Origin: Iphione sp. A-MEVVRFRX5
Taxonomy: Eukaryota
DNA: 64,000 bases
Assembly (NCBI GenBank): GCA_976226885.1
Contig: OZ320316.1
Coordinates: 35,278,001 to 35,342,000 of the forward strand
Reading direction: 5' to 3'
Shown here: positions 23,321-35,290 of the stretch, one piece after another
Position numbering within the stretch: the stretch's first letter is position 1
How the letters are laid out: every line of letters starts with the position of its first letter
Made by a program: the position numbers and the translations under genes
The notes under the pieces: model-generated
Seen by the model: the letters and a program-made list of their open reading frames with translations, nothing else
Databases searched by the model: none
What the model was told of the DNA's origin: nothing

Positions 23321-25219
23321 GTGAGTCGAGCTCGTCCAAGGTCATCCCATAAACTTCTTAGTATTGGATACTACTGTTTCTATGTTTCCTACCTAGAGTG
23401 ATATAAAATAGATGTTTTGATAGAAGGACCCGAAAATTGACAGTAGATGATTAAGCTAAAAAGAGTACTAAACCCCTCACACCAAGTGGACAGTCTACAT
23501 TTCTAAAATTGGTCTTTTGGACTGACAACGGATGTGCTCTTTTCTCATTAGAAATTAGGACGTAAATATTTTATATTTCAAGAATGTAGGAATCACAACT
23601 TTCCTCTGTGCAAAATATTTCTACATATTTTCCTTGTGAGGTCAGTTGGAAATTTGAACCACATTTCAATTTTCAAACGAATGCCCACTGTGTATATGAA
23701 AATAAATACAGAGCCTTTTGATCTAGAATATCTTTACATTATGTTTCTTTGGAAAGTATAAAATGTTAGACAGTCGATTAATAGTAGATTTCAAGTCCTG
23801 TTACCATAAATGTAGGAGAAGGCAAATATTTGTACAACAGCAATAAATCCGATATACAGCTGTCAGGCGATTTCTATGGACACAGATTGATGTTCTTTGA
23901 CAAATACGGCCCTAACCTCCGGTGTTAAATTGTAACTCTGAAACGGGATTGACTAATGAACTGCACGAAGAAAGCGTCATAAATCCTTTTTGAATGATAT
24001 AAAATTACAATGGCTGTATCATCCAGGTCACTTCATAGAAAATTCTGCGCCAGCATATGTACTTGAGGAAAAAATATGATGACAGCTATCTTCAATTATC
24101 AATGTAACCAGATAGACTGAACATTTAAATGTCCTTCCTTATTTCAAGCAGGTATATGACCTTTACCACATTAGCCTCAGTATCTTGAAATGTTTTAGTC
24201 TCTCCCTGCATGAGGTGTTCACGTTACAACGAGCTATATGCAGATACAGTCCCCAGCCGATCACCAGGTGGGGCTCTATCCTCAAGGTTCATCAAGGCCT
24301 TTGTGTATGGCATGTATATCTTTGGTCACTGGCTTTTGTTTCTGTTGGTTGCCTCCGCCATAGAGAGAGCATTCACGGCAGTGCATGTTGTGTACATGTA
24401 CATACAGTCTGGTTGGGCGGGGCGGCGAAAAGGTGATGCGTGCGCGTCACTTCACTGGTGGTGGGTCGAAGGGATAGATGGTAGGGAGGGCGACGTGTGG
24501 TAGGAAGAACCACTTGCATCCCAAAGTGACATGCACCTGTATCGGCCCCCTCACTACCATTTAAGTTGTCCTTGTAGGGACTCCACAAGCGCAGGTCCCT
24601 ATCTGTTCTAGAATCAGCATGTCACGCGGTCTCACACATAGGTTTTCATCTACTATACCCGTGCGTGTCAGAACGGAAAAGGTTGTCAAAGCAGTTACTG
24701 TTACTGCACCTGCGTCAGCAGGACAAGGTCATGTGATGGAGTAATTTTAAATGAATTCACCCTCTAAATGTCAGCTTTTGGTTGTTTGCATCAATAATCA
24801 ATATTTCCAGATGTAAATACCATTTTCGGTCACAGGTTGCCCCTTAACTTTACAAATGTTATTTTCTTTCTTGTAAGATGTTGCTATGCATAATCATGAA
24901 TCGTTCATGCTATAGGCTGCATTATCAACCATGAACAGGGAAAGATATTTTTACATGTGAAATTAGAGTTTGCTTCTACTATGTACAGTGATATACATGT
25001 ACATTAATTTATATACGAAGGTATATATAAAGTGCTGTGAGCTGTTAGTATATCGATCTTGGTCCTATTGATAAGATATACATTATATGTAGATCTAATT
25101 CAAGCTGTCTATCAGCTCCCCGCAGAACTTATTTCTCTCTATCTAATGATGAAAGAAAGTATGTTGAACTCGTGTTAATTGTAATCGATATTGCTTGTCG
25201 TCCAGTTGACTTTACCGCA

Positions 25220-25950
25220 CTATAAGGCCCTGAAGCAAACATAATTCAGCTCTAACTGATTTATGGAGAGCAAGATGGTGGCGGCGGAGGAGGATAGACA
25301 GCTATGGAGGTGCTGTAGACCAGCCATACTTAAGACGTGCGCCCTTATATTAGACTGACTTATGGTTGTCTCTACTGGGACTAACGACATTTCCTTCTTC
25401 CCAGATGGGCTGTCGTGAAAGGTCGTGGTATTTCGAAAGGAGCGACAGGTATTCCATGTGGAAAGTCTTCTACATACCTCCTTTGGCTGCATTGCTTTAC
25501 CTAGCTCTTCCACAGGACCCGAGTTGACTACCTTCTCTAATGCTGAGTGGATTGCCTGGTGGTTTTCCACCCACCAATGAATCACCACTTCAATGGAGAT
25601 TCGTCTTGCAGTGATGTTATAAGGCATCTAGTTGCCCACAAAAGGTTATCCATCCCCCTCCCCACACTGTGCCTTTCACGACGTCGCCCTGAGCAACAGA
25701 GCAGCTCTTTGTCTGTCGTGCGAGCAGGCACCTCAATTTGCTGCGAGGTTTACTCAGACAGTGGTTTTCTCTTTATCTGTTTGGCAGCATCGCCTTGGGG
25801 CATACAAGAAGTCATCGGAAACTTCACATCGCTCCCTTTTGGTAAGTATACAGACCATGGGCCAGGCAATTCCTCGCTTGGCCTCAAATGATGGCGGTCG
25901 TGAGCAGTTCGTCCGCCAGAAGGCGTCTCCGCAGAGGGAACTGCTCGCTT
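25220..25950 (-). mobile_element. Possible decayed retroelement remnant (DIRS/Ngaro-like RT N-terminus?)
   Basis: Fragments HSALEKVV...EELGK, VAPFEIPRPF, SLVP and SINQ loosely follow the Ngaro pattern N-x-x-SA...GPF-x-x-PP...SPLG-x-VP...SVN. They are spread over two frames. Confidence 0.25.
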
Positions 25951-28918
25951 GAGTCGGTCATCTCAGGTGGAGGGTGAACGGCTTATAGTGGGGCCAGGCG
26001 GGGTTAATACGCTCAGCCTCCATTGTTTCATTCCCTCCGGGCCCAGGTATTGGCAGCAGCCGGTCTTCTCTGGTCCTATAGGTTTGCCCTTCCCCTTCCT
26101 CCTTGACTGTTGTCCGGCACCCTCTGCTAATCCTCTCTTCGTCTGTACCAACCCATGACTGGCCAATGCTTTTTTCCTCCCCCCACCCAACTCTGTTTGC
26201 ATCTCATTCCTATTATCACATTCCCTTCTTTCCCTGCCAGCTTAATCAAGTTGTCCCGGTAGAATATTTTTGTTTCTTGTTCCTACATCGTTCTTCTGTT
26301 TCTTATATTATTTTTGCATCCTACTTAACCTGAATTACATACCACATAGCATTCAGCTAATGACCACAGGGAGTAAGAAGTTATTTATCATAAACTCATT
26401 TATAGGTATATATGTAGATTCTATTTGTTGTGAAAGGAAATGCAAAGGTAGCATCATGTAAGTTAGCTTAAAATAATATCACGTCCTTTGTGTAATTTCC
26501 AGTTTAAAAAATTGTCATGTTCCTTCTTGAGAAAAATAATTCCTTATCCCCCTGTATAGCTTGTGTTTGTTCGCATTTCGCTTTTCAGTAAGTTTAAATC
26601 ACACGAACTCTATCCCTAGACATCTCCTTCAGCGGCCCCCCCTCCCACACACACATTTGGAAACATTAAACCAACAAGTCCCGGGATAATACCAGTCTAA
26701 GACATACAGCGTCAAGTTAGATCCAAATCTCTAAACAGACACTCACTACAGTAGGCTGCCAAAGGCGAACTTTCTGATGAATTTACCGTCGATGCGATTT
26801 TTTTTACACGAACACTTAAAAACAGCAATACTGACTGCCATCGCTCAGCCTCGGCAGCCGTCGTTATCGTTACCAGCCGCTGGTGTTTATTGATGCGGCA
26901 GTGTAGATGTACAACCCCTTGCTCCGCACGTAGAGGTTAATGGAAAGAAGCGTCTAATGACTGTTGACAAACGCCACACCGCGTTATTATATATTCATCG
27001 ATCTAGCGGCACTGGGCGATAACATAGCACTGGCCAGCCTCCTTGCCTGTCCATGGCGCCCTCGCTGACCCTGGAGGGGATCGTTCCCACTGCGCCCAGC
27101 GTGTCCCTTGCGCTTATACGCCTGGAAGGTCCCGACGGAGGGGTGGGTGGGGGGGTGCGCTAGTATGTAAGGCGGCGTTATTTCACACCCTTAGAACACC
27201 TGTCAGACGAGGTGACATCGAACGAAATGAAACATGTCGGGGCGCTAGCTACCTCCGCACGTTGCCTGCATGCGAGGATTGGGTTCTAGGCAGTACCTTC
27301 TATAGTAAACTGATAGCGGATATGAAGGTCGACGTATGTATATTATCTACAGAGTGCGTGATAGAGCATGTGTGAGTGTGGATCCATTTATATCAGCGGT
27401 TGCATGCTAAGTGTGTGTGAGTGTGTGTCTGCGCGCAAGCTTAAAACAAGTATAAGAGAGCATGACCATATTTTTCTATTTTAGCACTCCTCGGAGAGTT
27501 AACAAACTATAAAATGAATGCAGTGAATGGTTTGTTTAACAGACTCTGTTTTTTGCTGCCTGTACCTTAATTAATCAGCATGTGCACGGGTATGATTTCA
27601 TACAGCAGTTGCTGATGCGTTTTAGGATGAATTTAAATTTTACTATGTACAACTGAATGACAGTGAAATGGTGCACGAGTCTCTGAAAGAGTGAATCACT
27701 CTCTTTGGGTGTTTGCGATTGGGTGCGCGTATAGGCTTATAGGAGATGGAGAAATGAGTTGAAATTGTATGATAATTTGTGAACCTAACTGAGAGAGAGG
27801 ACGAGGCTATATATTTTGGTCACATCATTGTATCCGTGAAAAAGCATATGTACGATAAACTGACAAACCTAATATTATGCAAGTGTCTTAGGCTACAGCT
27901 TTAGATAGATGTAAATGTAATGTTTGCACTCAGTACAGATCAACAGCTTTAAAGTGAATATAAGTGTGTGTGTGTGAGTCGGCCTGTAAGACGTTACTGT
28001 ATTATGTTCGGGCACCGGGAGCCATGCATACAGTATGTTAACGGGAATCAAAAGGCGCGCCTGTACGAAACTGTGACTATTTGTCAAAGGCCTCGAGTGT
28101 GCATAGTGTAAAGATGAGCTGTTATTCTGTGACATCGACCACGTGGTAGATAGAAAACAGGCAAACATTATTACCTCCTAAGAGATGAAGGTTACTGGGT
28201 GCCATTAATAATAGAGTTGGCTATAAAAAGTCCTAGGCCTCTCATTAGGGATCAGACAAGTGTTTCGCATCAGGGTGTATATGATATATATGTTGATGCA
28301 TTTGCTGACACTAGAATGGAATATTCCCTAAATACAATACTGCTGCCAACCCTGTGCGCCCTATGCGGGGTTTAAAGTTAACGCTTCCAACTGGCCACTG
28401 GGTGGCTTTTTCCGTGCGGGTGAACATTTTTTGCAGAATATGTAATTGCAGATTGAAGATTGTTTTGGTGTGGCGTTGAAATACACATATTTGGGATTCA
28501 TAGCAAGGCAAACATGAAACATTCAGAGATATTTAATAATAAGAGAAAGATGAGATCCCGCAGTAAAGGGTAAAAGGAGAAAGCAATCACTGACTCAATG
28601 TTTTCTATTTTGTTGTAATAAAATCATCTGAAATTGCTAGTAAGACGCTTCCTTTTCATGTTCTTTAGAACGGAGCCGTCTGAGAACATGAATACAATAC
28701 ACTGTTTCGCTCCGCTGTGCCACGTGTAAGAAAAGAAGGCCAATAGGCACGTATGTCATTAGCTGCTGATGGCGAATCGATGTAGATGTTGTCGTCATTG
28801 CCCTATGTGGCGTGCACGTGGATGGGGCGGGTAGATGGGTCAGAGGGAGGCAGGAGCAGAGAGGGGACTCAGAGGTCTTGGCCGATTGATAGGAGGATGG
28901 TTCTGATTGATGGTACAA

Positions 28919-29171
28919 GGGAGGGTGGGTGGGTGGGTGTTTACGTTGCACAAAGAGTCGGAGTAGGGTTGATTGGAATGGCGAGGAGCGCGAAGAATGG
29001 GCAGGTAGCTCAGGTTCGGCCGAGGGATGTTTGGTAGTGTTGTAGGACAGTCTGAAGTAGGATTAAAAATGCTCGTCTTACAGGCTAACCCCCAGTATTA
29101 TTCTCGAGTAGTAAGTTATTCAGGACAATTACATCAGTTTGTGGAGGAGTCTTCCAGGGAGGGAGGGAGGG
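28919..29171 (+). other. Two canonical G-quadruplex motifs upstream of the TM exon
   Basis: GGGAGGGTGGGTGGGTGGG at 28919-28937 and GGGAGGGAGGGAGGG at 29157-29171. Confidence 0.6.
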
Positions 29172-29350
29172 AGGTATGTGCCTTAGTATCACCACAAAAG
29201 AGGACTTAAAGAAGGAGGGGCCTGTGTAACATTCCCTCTTCTCCTTATCCCCCCCCCACCGCCCTTCTTCATCTGTGCGCCGACAGACGGCGCTACATGT
29301 GTAGTGGGAACGTTTGAACTGATTGGAACGCCCTCTGTGTCTGCTTGCAG

Positions 29351-29432
29351 AACTAACGGCCGTCCTCATCGCCAGTATCGCCTTTGTCGTCATCGTCTTT
29401 GTCCTCGTCATGGGCTTCGTCTGTCTCAGAAG
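29351..29432 (+). CDS. Exon: transmembrane helix
   Basis: Acceptor ttgcag|AA, donor AG|gtgagt. Encodes ELTAVLIASIAFVVIVFVLVMGFVCLRR: about 22 hydrophobic residues, then Cys and a basic stop-transfer. Confidence 0.88.
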
Positions 29433-29447
29433 GTGAGTTGGCGCCGA

Positions 29448-29500
29448 GCGCATGCGCATGGGAGCGTTGACAGGAGACGCCAGATGGCGCCCCCTGCCTA
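29448..29500. promoter_or_regulatory. NRF1 + TALE + CTCF motif cluster just 3' of the TM exon donor
   Basis: GCGCATGCGCA 29448-29458; TTGACAG 29467-29473; ACGCCAGATGGCGC 29477-29490, overlapping an opposite-strand CAGGGGGCGC half. Confidence 0.6.
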
Positions 29501-30829
29501 GCGGAGGGCACGCAAAAAGATTAAATGAGAATGGTTAGAGACACACAGGTATAGACGCGTCTGTGTATTTGTTTGACTAATATTTTAGTGAGACTTGTTT
29601 GCTTCTAATTTTATATAAAGAATGCATGAGGTTAGGTAACAAGCTTTCTAAAATTCTGTTGTATACTGAAAATGCATCATAATTTAAAAAAAAGACCTAA
29701 ACGGATCATAAAACGCGAACTTTTCTATCCACGGACATTCGATGCAATCATTAAGAACACACGATAGTTACCTAATTGAGTATACAATGTAATGACCGAC
29801 AACACGTGCATGTCTACTGAGAACATAATGATATTTTGTTTCAAAAAAGACATGGCACGACCTGTTATTTTTTCAACAACAAGGACAAGAAAACAATAAC
29901 CACTAGTCTCGTAAGTGTTAGACCCTAACCAGCCAGACTGTTTGCGTAAAAGGAAACGCTAGTCTGCATTGTCTGTGGATGGCTTGTTTTTAATATCGAT
30001 TCCTCTTTATACCAAGTCTAAGGTCTATGCATGCCCCTGCTCTATTCGACTTTGGTTATTCACGAGCGAACCCTCTGATAACGTAAGGGGCACTTATCCT
30101 CATCATACCCTTCAAGAAAATTATACTTTTATTAATCAGGCTCTGCCTAGCTCTTGAATTTTTTTCCTTTAAAGCTGTAAACACACTTTTTGCCAACTGT
30201 AGAGCCGTAGGAAATATACACATTATTGAAAGGGTTATCATGAGTTTGTCTGAACGACTGTCATTGGAAATGTTTTTTTTACTACTCTTCCAAGGCTATT
30301 TCCATTTCGCAACGGGGAAGAATCAAAGTGATAGATTATCTTTACCACTCACCAAAGGACTCCAGTCTCATTAGTTGTATAAAATGACATTTATTTGTAT
30401 ATATAAAGAGAGATATGGCATTGAATGGTTCTAGGTTTCTGACTGAATAGCTATTGAAAACCCAGGTACATGTATGTCACTCACCAAAAATCAATATCTT
30501 ATCCATCATCCATCGTTGAGTGGGTTTGATTGCAAACGAAATTACTGCACTGAATTCGGCGTCAGATATTTAATTCCCGTTTTTTCCTACAGTGTCGCGT
30601 ACGATTTTCCATGGCGCGATTTGGATACATGTGCATGTTCAATACCGAATTACCTTTGCATCAATATCTCACTTGCATGTATCTTAGCATTCAGGAAGGG
30701 GAACTCAAGTTCTTGAATTTGGAGTGAATCCCACTTCAAGCCATTGTGTTAGTGTAAGCAACGCAAAAAAATAAGTGTTCCATCTGCTTGTGTCTGTCTG
30801 AAATGTTTCCGTTTTTACTCCCATTCTAG

Positions 30830-31442
30830 GCGACACTACAACCAAGGCCGGCCTTTACCTCGGCCGAACCCTCTGCTGGTGGACCCCTATGATAAGAATC
30901 AGTATAATGGTACCATGGTGGGCGTGGTGGGCACAGGTGGCGGGAAGGAGTACGTGTCGACGGCCGGCATGCGTGGCGGCGGCGGCTCCAATAAGCACCG
31001 CTCGTTCAGCGGCGAGTACGCCAGCATCTGGGAGTCGCAATACCCGATGACTCTACACCAGAATCACTCACCTATGATGGGTGGTGGCATCGGCAGTGCT
31101 GAGGACACCTTCGCCGCCCCTATGACGGGACTTCCGGACGGCGGAGGCTACAGTACGCATCCGGCGCTGCCTCCGCAGCTGCCACCGCGCGTCGAGCACA
31201 TCTATGAAAGCCCCAAATTTGACCGATGTGAGAGCAGCTCCAGCCGTAGCGTCTCCGACTTGCCCGTCTACTTCGAGCTCGACCCCGACGACAACGAGCG
31301 TGGCGGCGGCGGCGGCGGCAGCAGCAGTGGCGCGAACGGAACTGGAAATGGCAGTTCGACGATGCCGCGGCCGGGCGGCGAATTCCTGCATCGCCATGAT
31401 CATTTCAGAGACCGTCGGCGGTACTCGGAACGTGACGGGTAA
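30830..31442 (+). CDS. Terminal exon: cytoplasmic tail rich in Tyr, Pro and Gly
   Basis: Acceptor ttctag|G (phase 2) continues RRHYNQGRPLPRPNPLLVDPY... into the listed ORF 30879-31442. Contains EYASIW, LPPQLPPR, HIYESP, VYFELD and poly-Gly. Confidence 0.88.
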
Positions 31443-31459
31443 AAGAGGAGAAAAACAAG

Positions 31460-31523
31460 AATAAAGTAGAAGCATACCAATCAAGGGAGGGTCCCCAAAT
31501 CCCCCCCCAAGGGAAAAAATAAA
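31460..31523 (+). promoter_or_regulatory. Two AATAAA candidate polyadenylation signals
   Basis: AATAAA at 31460-31465 and 31518-31523, 18 and 76 nt after the stop codon. Usage unknown. Confidence 0.45.
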
Positions 31524-31639
31524 GAGCGTGACGGTTGTTACGAGGTGCACTAGCATTGAGGAAACTATGACAAGTACTGTCGGCACATGCCACTACTTGC
31601 GGTGTCTAAGGAAGGTTTGTTAACTGTGAGCAGCGCGTT

Positions 31640-32000
31640 TTTTCAGTCCCCCGACCACCGAGCCGCACACTTCCTCACTGGCGGGCCGGGCCTGGGCAGT
31701 GCGTGTCATAGTCGCGCCAGAAAGCTCTTTGATCTGGCCCAATAAGCCGTATTGACTTCGGTAACGACGTCCGCTGTTCCTCGACGTGACGAGCAACAGC
31801 GGAACTCTGACGTCAGTCACCGAACCTGCCGTCCCTCGACGGATGACATGTGAGGTACTTCCGGTCGCCGAGGCCCTTCCTCCCCTGCACTGCGCCATCT
31901 GGCGGGAGTGGGGGTTTCATAATGGCGCCAACATCGATCAGCTCGCCCGGCAGGCGGCGCCGCGTGTTGACGTGTCAATGAACGATAATTGGGGGAAGCT
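31640..32000. promoter_or_regulatory. CpG-rich promoter-like island downstream of the gene
   Basis: CCAAT near 31739; TGACGTCA (CRE) 31808-31815; ACTTCCGG (ETS) 31857-31864; CTCF CCGCCAGATGGCGC on the minus strand 31892-31905; TAATGGCGCC near 31920. Confidence 0.6.
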
Positions 32001-34978
32001 ATAGACCTAGTGGATGACGTGCACCTCCCTGAAGCCCCTACCTCCCCAAGAAAGAGGCCCCCTTCTCGTCAATACTGTTGATCTGTGGAACTTCTCGCCT
32101 GCCCACAACACTGCAAGACTTGCCTTTCATAAATATGCTTTAAGAAAACTCTCTGGTATTGTTATTTTTAAAAGGTTTGGTCTTCTTTCGCTGAGAATCT
32201 TTATTTCTCTGGCAAATGTATTTCAAACTTTGTGTTACCCTTCATACCAAAACCTTTTTGTGAAACCGATGTGATATTTATACAAGTTGTACTCTATGTT
32301 ATACCTCCCTGTCATTTGAAATGCACCCGATTTGAAAGATTTTGAAGCGATTCACTTATTAATGACTGGTATTGAAATGAACAATAACTTGTCAATATCC
32401 TCAAGCGCTGACTTGAATATTTCAGTCGTCTAAGCTAAAACAGTTACGTTTTGGTCGTGGTTGAATCGTAACAATATGGTTGACAATAATTATATGTATA
32501 TGTAATAGGTTGCTTAGAACGGACAGCAATAATGGGGATGAGCTGTATACTTAGTCCCTTACGGCAGAGGTCTGGCCTATATGAAATATTCACCATTTTT
32601 ATGCAACTTATATATCAATACATATGACTTCTTATATTGTGTTTGTGATAAACTTAACATGAAAATAAATCCACTGTACTAAATGTTAGCTCTTCTTTTT
32701 CACTATGTTCATGGTAACAGAATGCCTTATTGACGGTAACCATTATGGATGAACAATTTTAGATACCGTATGGGGTTGCGTATTCATGTCCGAACGCAAA
32801 CAAAAACGATTTGGTTTAAAATTAATCAAGTCGACACACACATACCTACCTTATATATGTATATATATAGAGAGAATATATACAGGTATGACACTGTGCC
32901 CTCAAGTGTCTTGAGACAGGGGAGCTCTGCACCAGACAAGTTACAAGTAAGATGGGTTGTATAATAGGGAGAGCCGTAGGAAGGCCGTGATCTACCTACA
33001 CCCAGGGGTCGTTAATAATGGTAGGGTTACATCAAAGGGACCCGTCCTGTATATCAGGTCTGTTTGATAGGCACTTTAGCCATCGCCCCTTGGAGTGTCA
33101 GTCTCTGGCAGGGGTGTGTGTATATGTGTGTTGGCAGGTGGGGGTGGGCGGTGGTTACCTTGAGGCGTGGAGATGCTGCAAACACGGCTCGCGTAGGTTA
33201 TGATGTAGTGAAGTACACCTGGAGCAGTACTGAAGATCGCAGACGCGAGCTGCCCCTTTTGACGTTCAAAGGACCTGAAGGAAGATGTCCTTTGATTCGA
33301 AGGATGCCCGAGGGATTTTCTTCGTGACATTATAAAGAGTGCAACCTCCATCTCAAAATGAAGGATCTTCTTTCGGTTCATACCTATTTTTTCCGCTTAT
33401 TCGAGAATGAAATATTATGTGGTATTTAGGTAATGAAATATTATTCGAACACTGTATCCCCTAAACATCGAAAGAGATTCCACTTTTTCTGCAAATGTGT
33501 TCAGGTGAATGACGTGTTAAGCTACCATTTTGAAGAAAAAATGTTATAATATACAGACACCATTGCAGGTATACATTAGACGCGTCAATTTGTATTGTTT
33601 CAGCATCCATCCATATCTTTGCGTTTTTTTCAACATTTTATTTTCGGGGGAAATTCCGGTAGCACGTTGTGGTTACAGTGGAAACCCGGTGTATGATAGA
33701 TGATTTCTTAGTAGATAATTTACAAGTTCTACTACAAGTTTCAATATATTTAAGAAAAGCATATTAGTACTCCTCACAATACACCATATGGAATGACAAG
33801 TTTAGAGATAATATATTTACACTACCTATATATAACTCTGCCTGAAAGTAGGTTTGGCCATAATAGTCTTATCTCATGGAAGTGTGATTTAAGAAAGATA
33901 ATTACTTATTCTATGTCTATGCATACTCATTTTAGAAATGATGTCAATAAAGATGTTAATTGATACTTATTCTGTGTGAACCAGAAAGCATATGCTATAT
34001 CTGGCCCTAGTCTTTCAGAGCTGAGTAGGGCTATCCCTTTGTAACATAACACTCACCTTCCCATTGACCAACCAAGTAGAACCTCCCTGATAACAACCAG
34101 CACAAGTGCCGAAGGCGCTGATACATGCAAAACATTACTGCTATAACTTTTACAACCCAGTGCGACTGGTAGCTCCCCCAAGCGACATTGGCAGAACTCT
34201 TACTCAGTGGCGCCATCTTTTGGATCCTTGAGCCAGGTTTTACACACTCGTGAGCTACCACTTTCCTAGTTAAGTATATTGTGCGTTGCAGCCGTCAAAG
34301 GTCAACATCATCAGAATGCCTTCTCGTGTTCGGAAGAAGGGTTACAATTCTCTCATGAAAGATCGAGGTGACTGATAAGCTTATTTTAAAATCAGCGTTT
34401 TGACAAGCTATGTTTACGGTATAGACAGAATTCTATACACGTAATCCAATTTCAATAAAAATCAATTTATGCAACACTCATGAAGATCTACATGTATTGA
34501 TCATTGGCTGATGCAGTCGACATTTTGTCGGTTCATTCAACGTACTGTGCTGACAACACTTCAAATGTTTTACCCACAAAAGGTTTCCCCAAATTGTAGT
34601 GGAATTTCTTAAAGAAATCCTAAGTGCTGGCATGGTCGATGTGGGCAAAACCGCCTGGATATACATGATTATATTACTGCAAATAAATGGGCATATGATA
34701 TCCTCCGGGTAAATAAAATATTTGCGTCAATCATGTACACATTGTCTGATGGTGTGCTTCTGCTTAGCATCTGATCCTTTCAACTCTTTACCGAAACCGC
34801 TACATGAGAAATTACTTCTCCAGGAAGTCAATTCTGGCACTGGTTATTTATGTAACCATGCAGTCAGGGAGGGACGTTGGAAGATAATTTACATAGACTA
34901 TCTTAGTTTAGTGACACAGTGTGGTGACTATGAACTTAAGATATACTCTAGGCTGAAAGAATGATACTCTTAATGGGT

Positions 34979-35290
34979 GGGGAGTTGACTCAGTGGTAGA
35001 GCATTGGTCCACTGACTGAGAAATCGCAGGTTCAATCCTGGGACTCTTGATCAAGACCAGACAGATTTACTTTAGCCCCAACCTACAGTGGTCCACAACT
35101 CATAAAAAGGCCGTGGATGTATACAATTCTGTCCCTTATACACAAAAAGACCCCAGAAACCTATTCCAAATAAGAGTAGTGGATAACCTTAGGTATTCTT
35201 GTCTCTGAATTCTCAGTAGTAGATGGTAGTATATTACCCCAGGAGGATATGGAAGAAACCTGTCATATGCTCAGTAAATACATGTATCTA
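34979..35290 (+). mobile_element. tRNA-derived SINE
   Basis: tRNA-like head 34979-35048 with A box TGACTCAGTGG, B box GGTTCAATCC and a pairable acceptor stem, but no 7-nt anticodon loop. Followed by a body containing CCACAAC...AAAGGCCGTGG...AAAAGACCC...AAGAGTAG. Confidence 0.75.

Larger units (their letters stand above)
6057..31442 (+). other. Multi-exon gene (5' incomplete) for a SUEL-lectin / CUB / sushi-like / TM type I membrane protein, about 508 aa reconstructed
   Basis: Six exons (285, 198, 195, 153, 82 and 613 nt) with AG/GT ends join in one open frame (junction phases 1,1,1,1,2) and end at TAA 31440-31442. Exon codons are GC3-rich, unlike the flanks. Confidence 0.9.

Noticed and set aside
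34979-35048. Functional tRNA gene
   Set aside because: No canonical anticodon stem-loop, mismatches in the D and T stems, and no oligo-T terminator. Treated as a SINE head.
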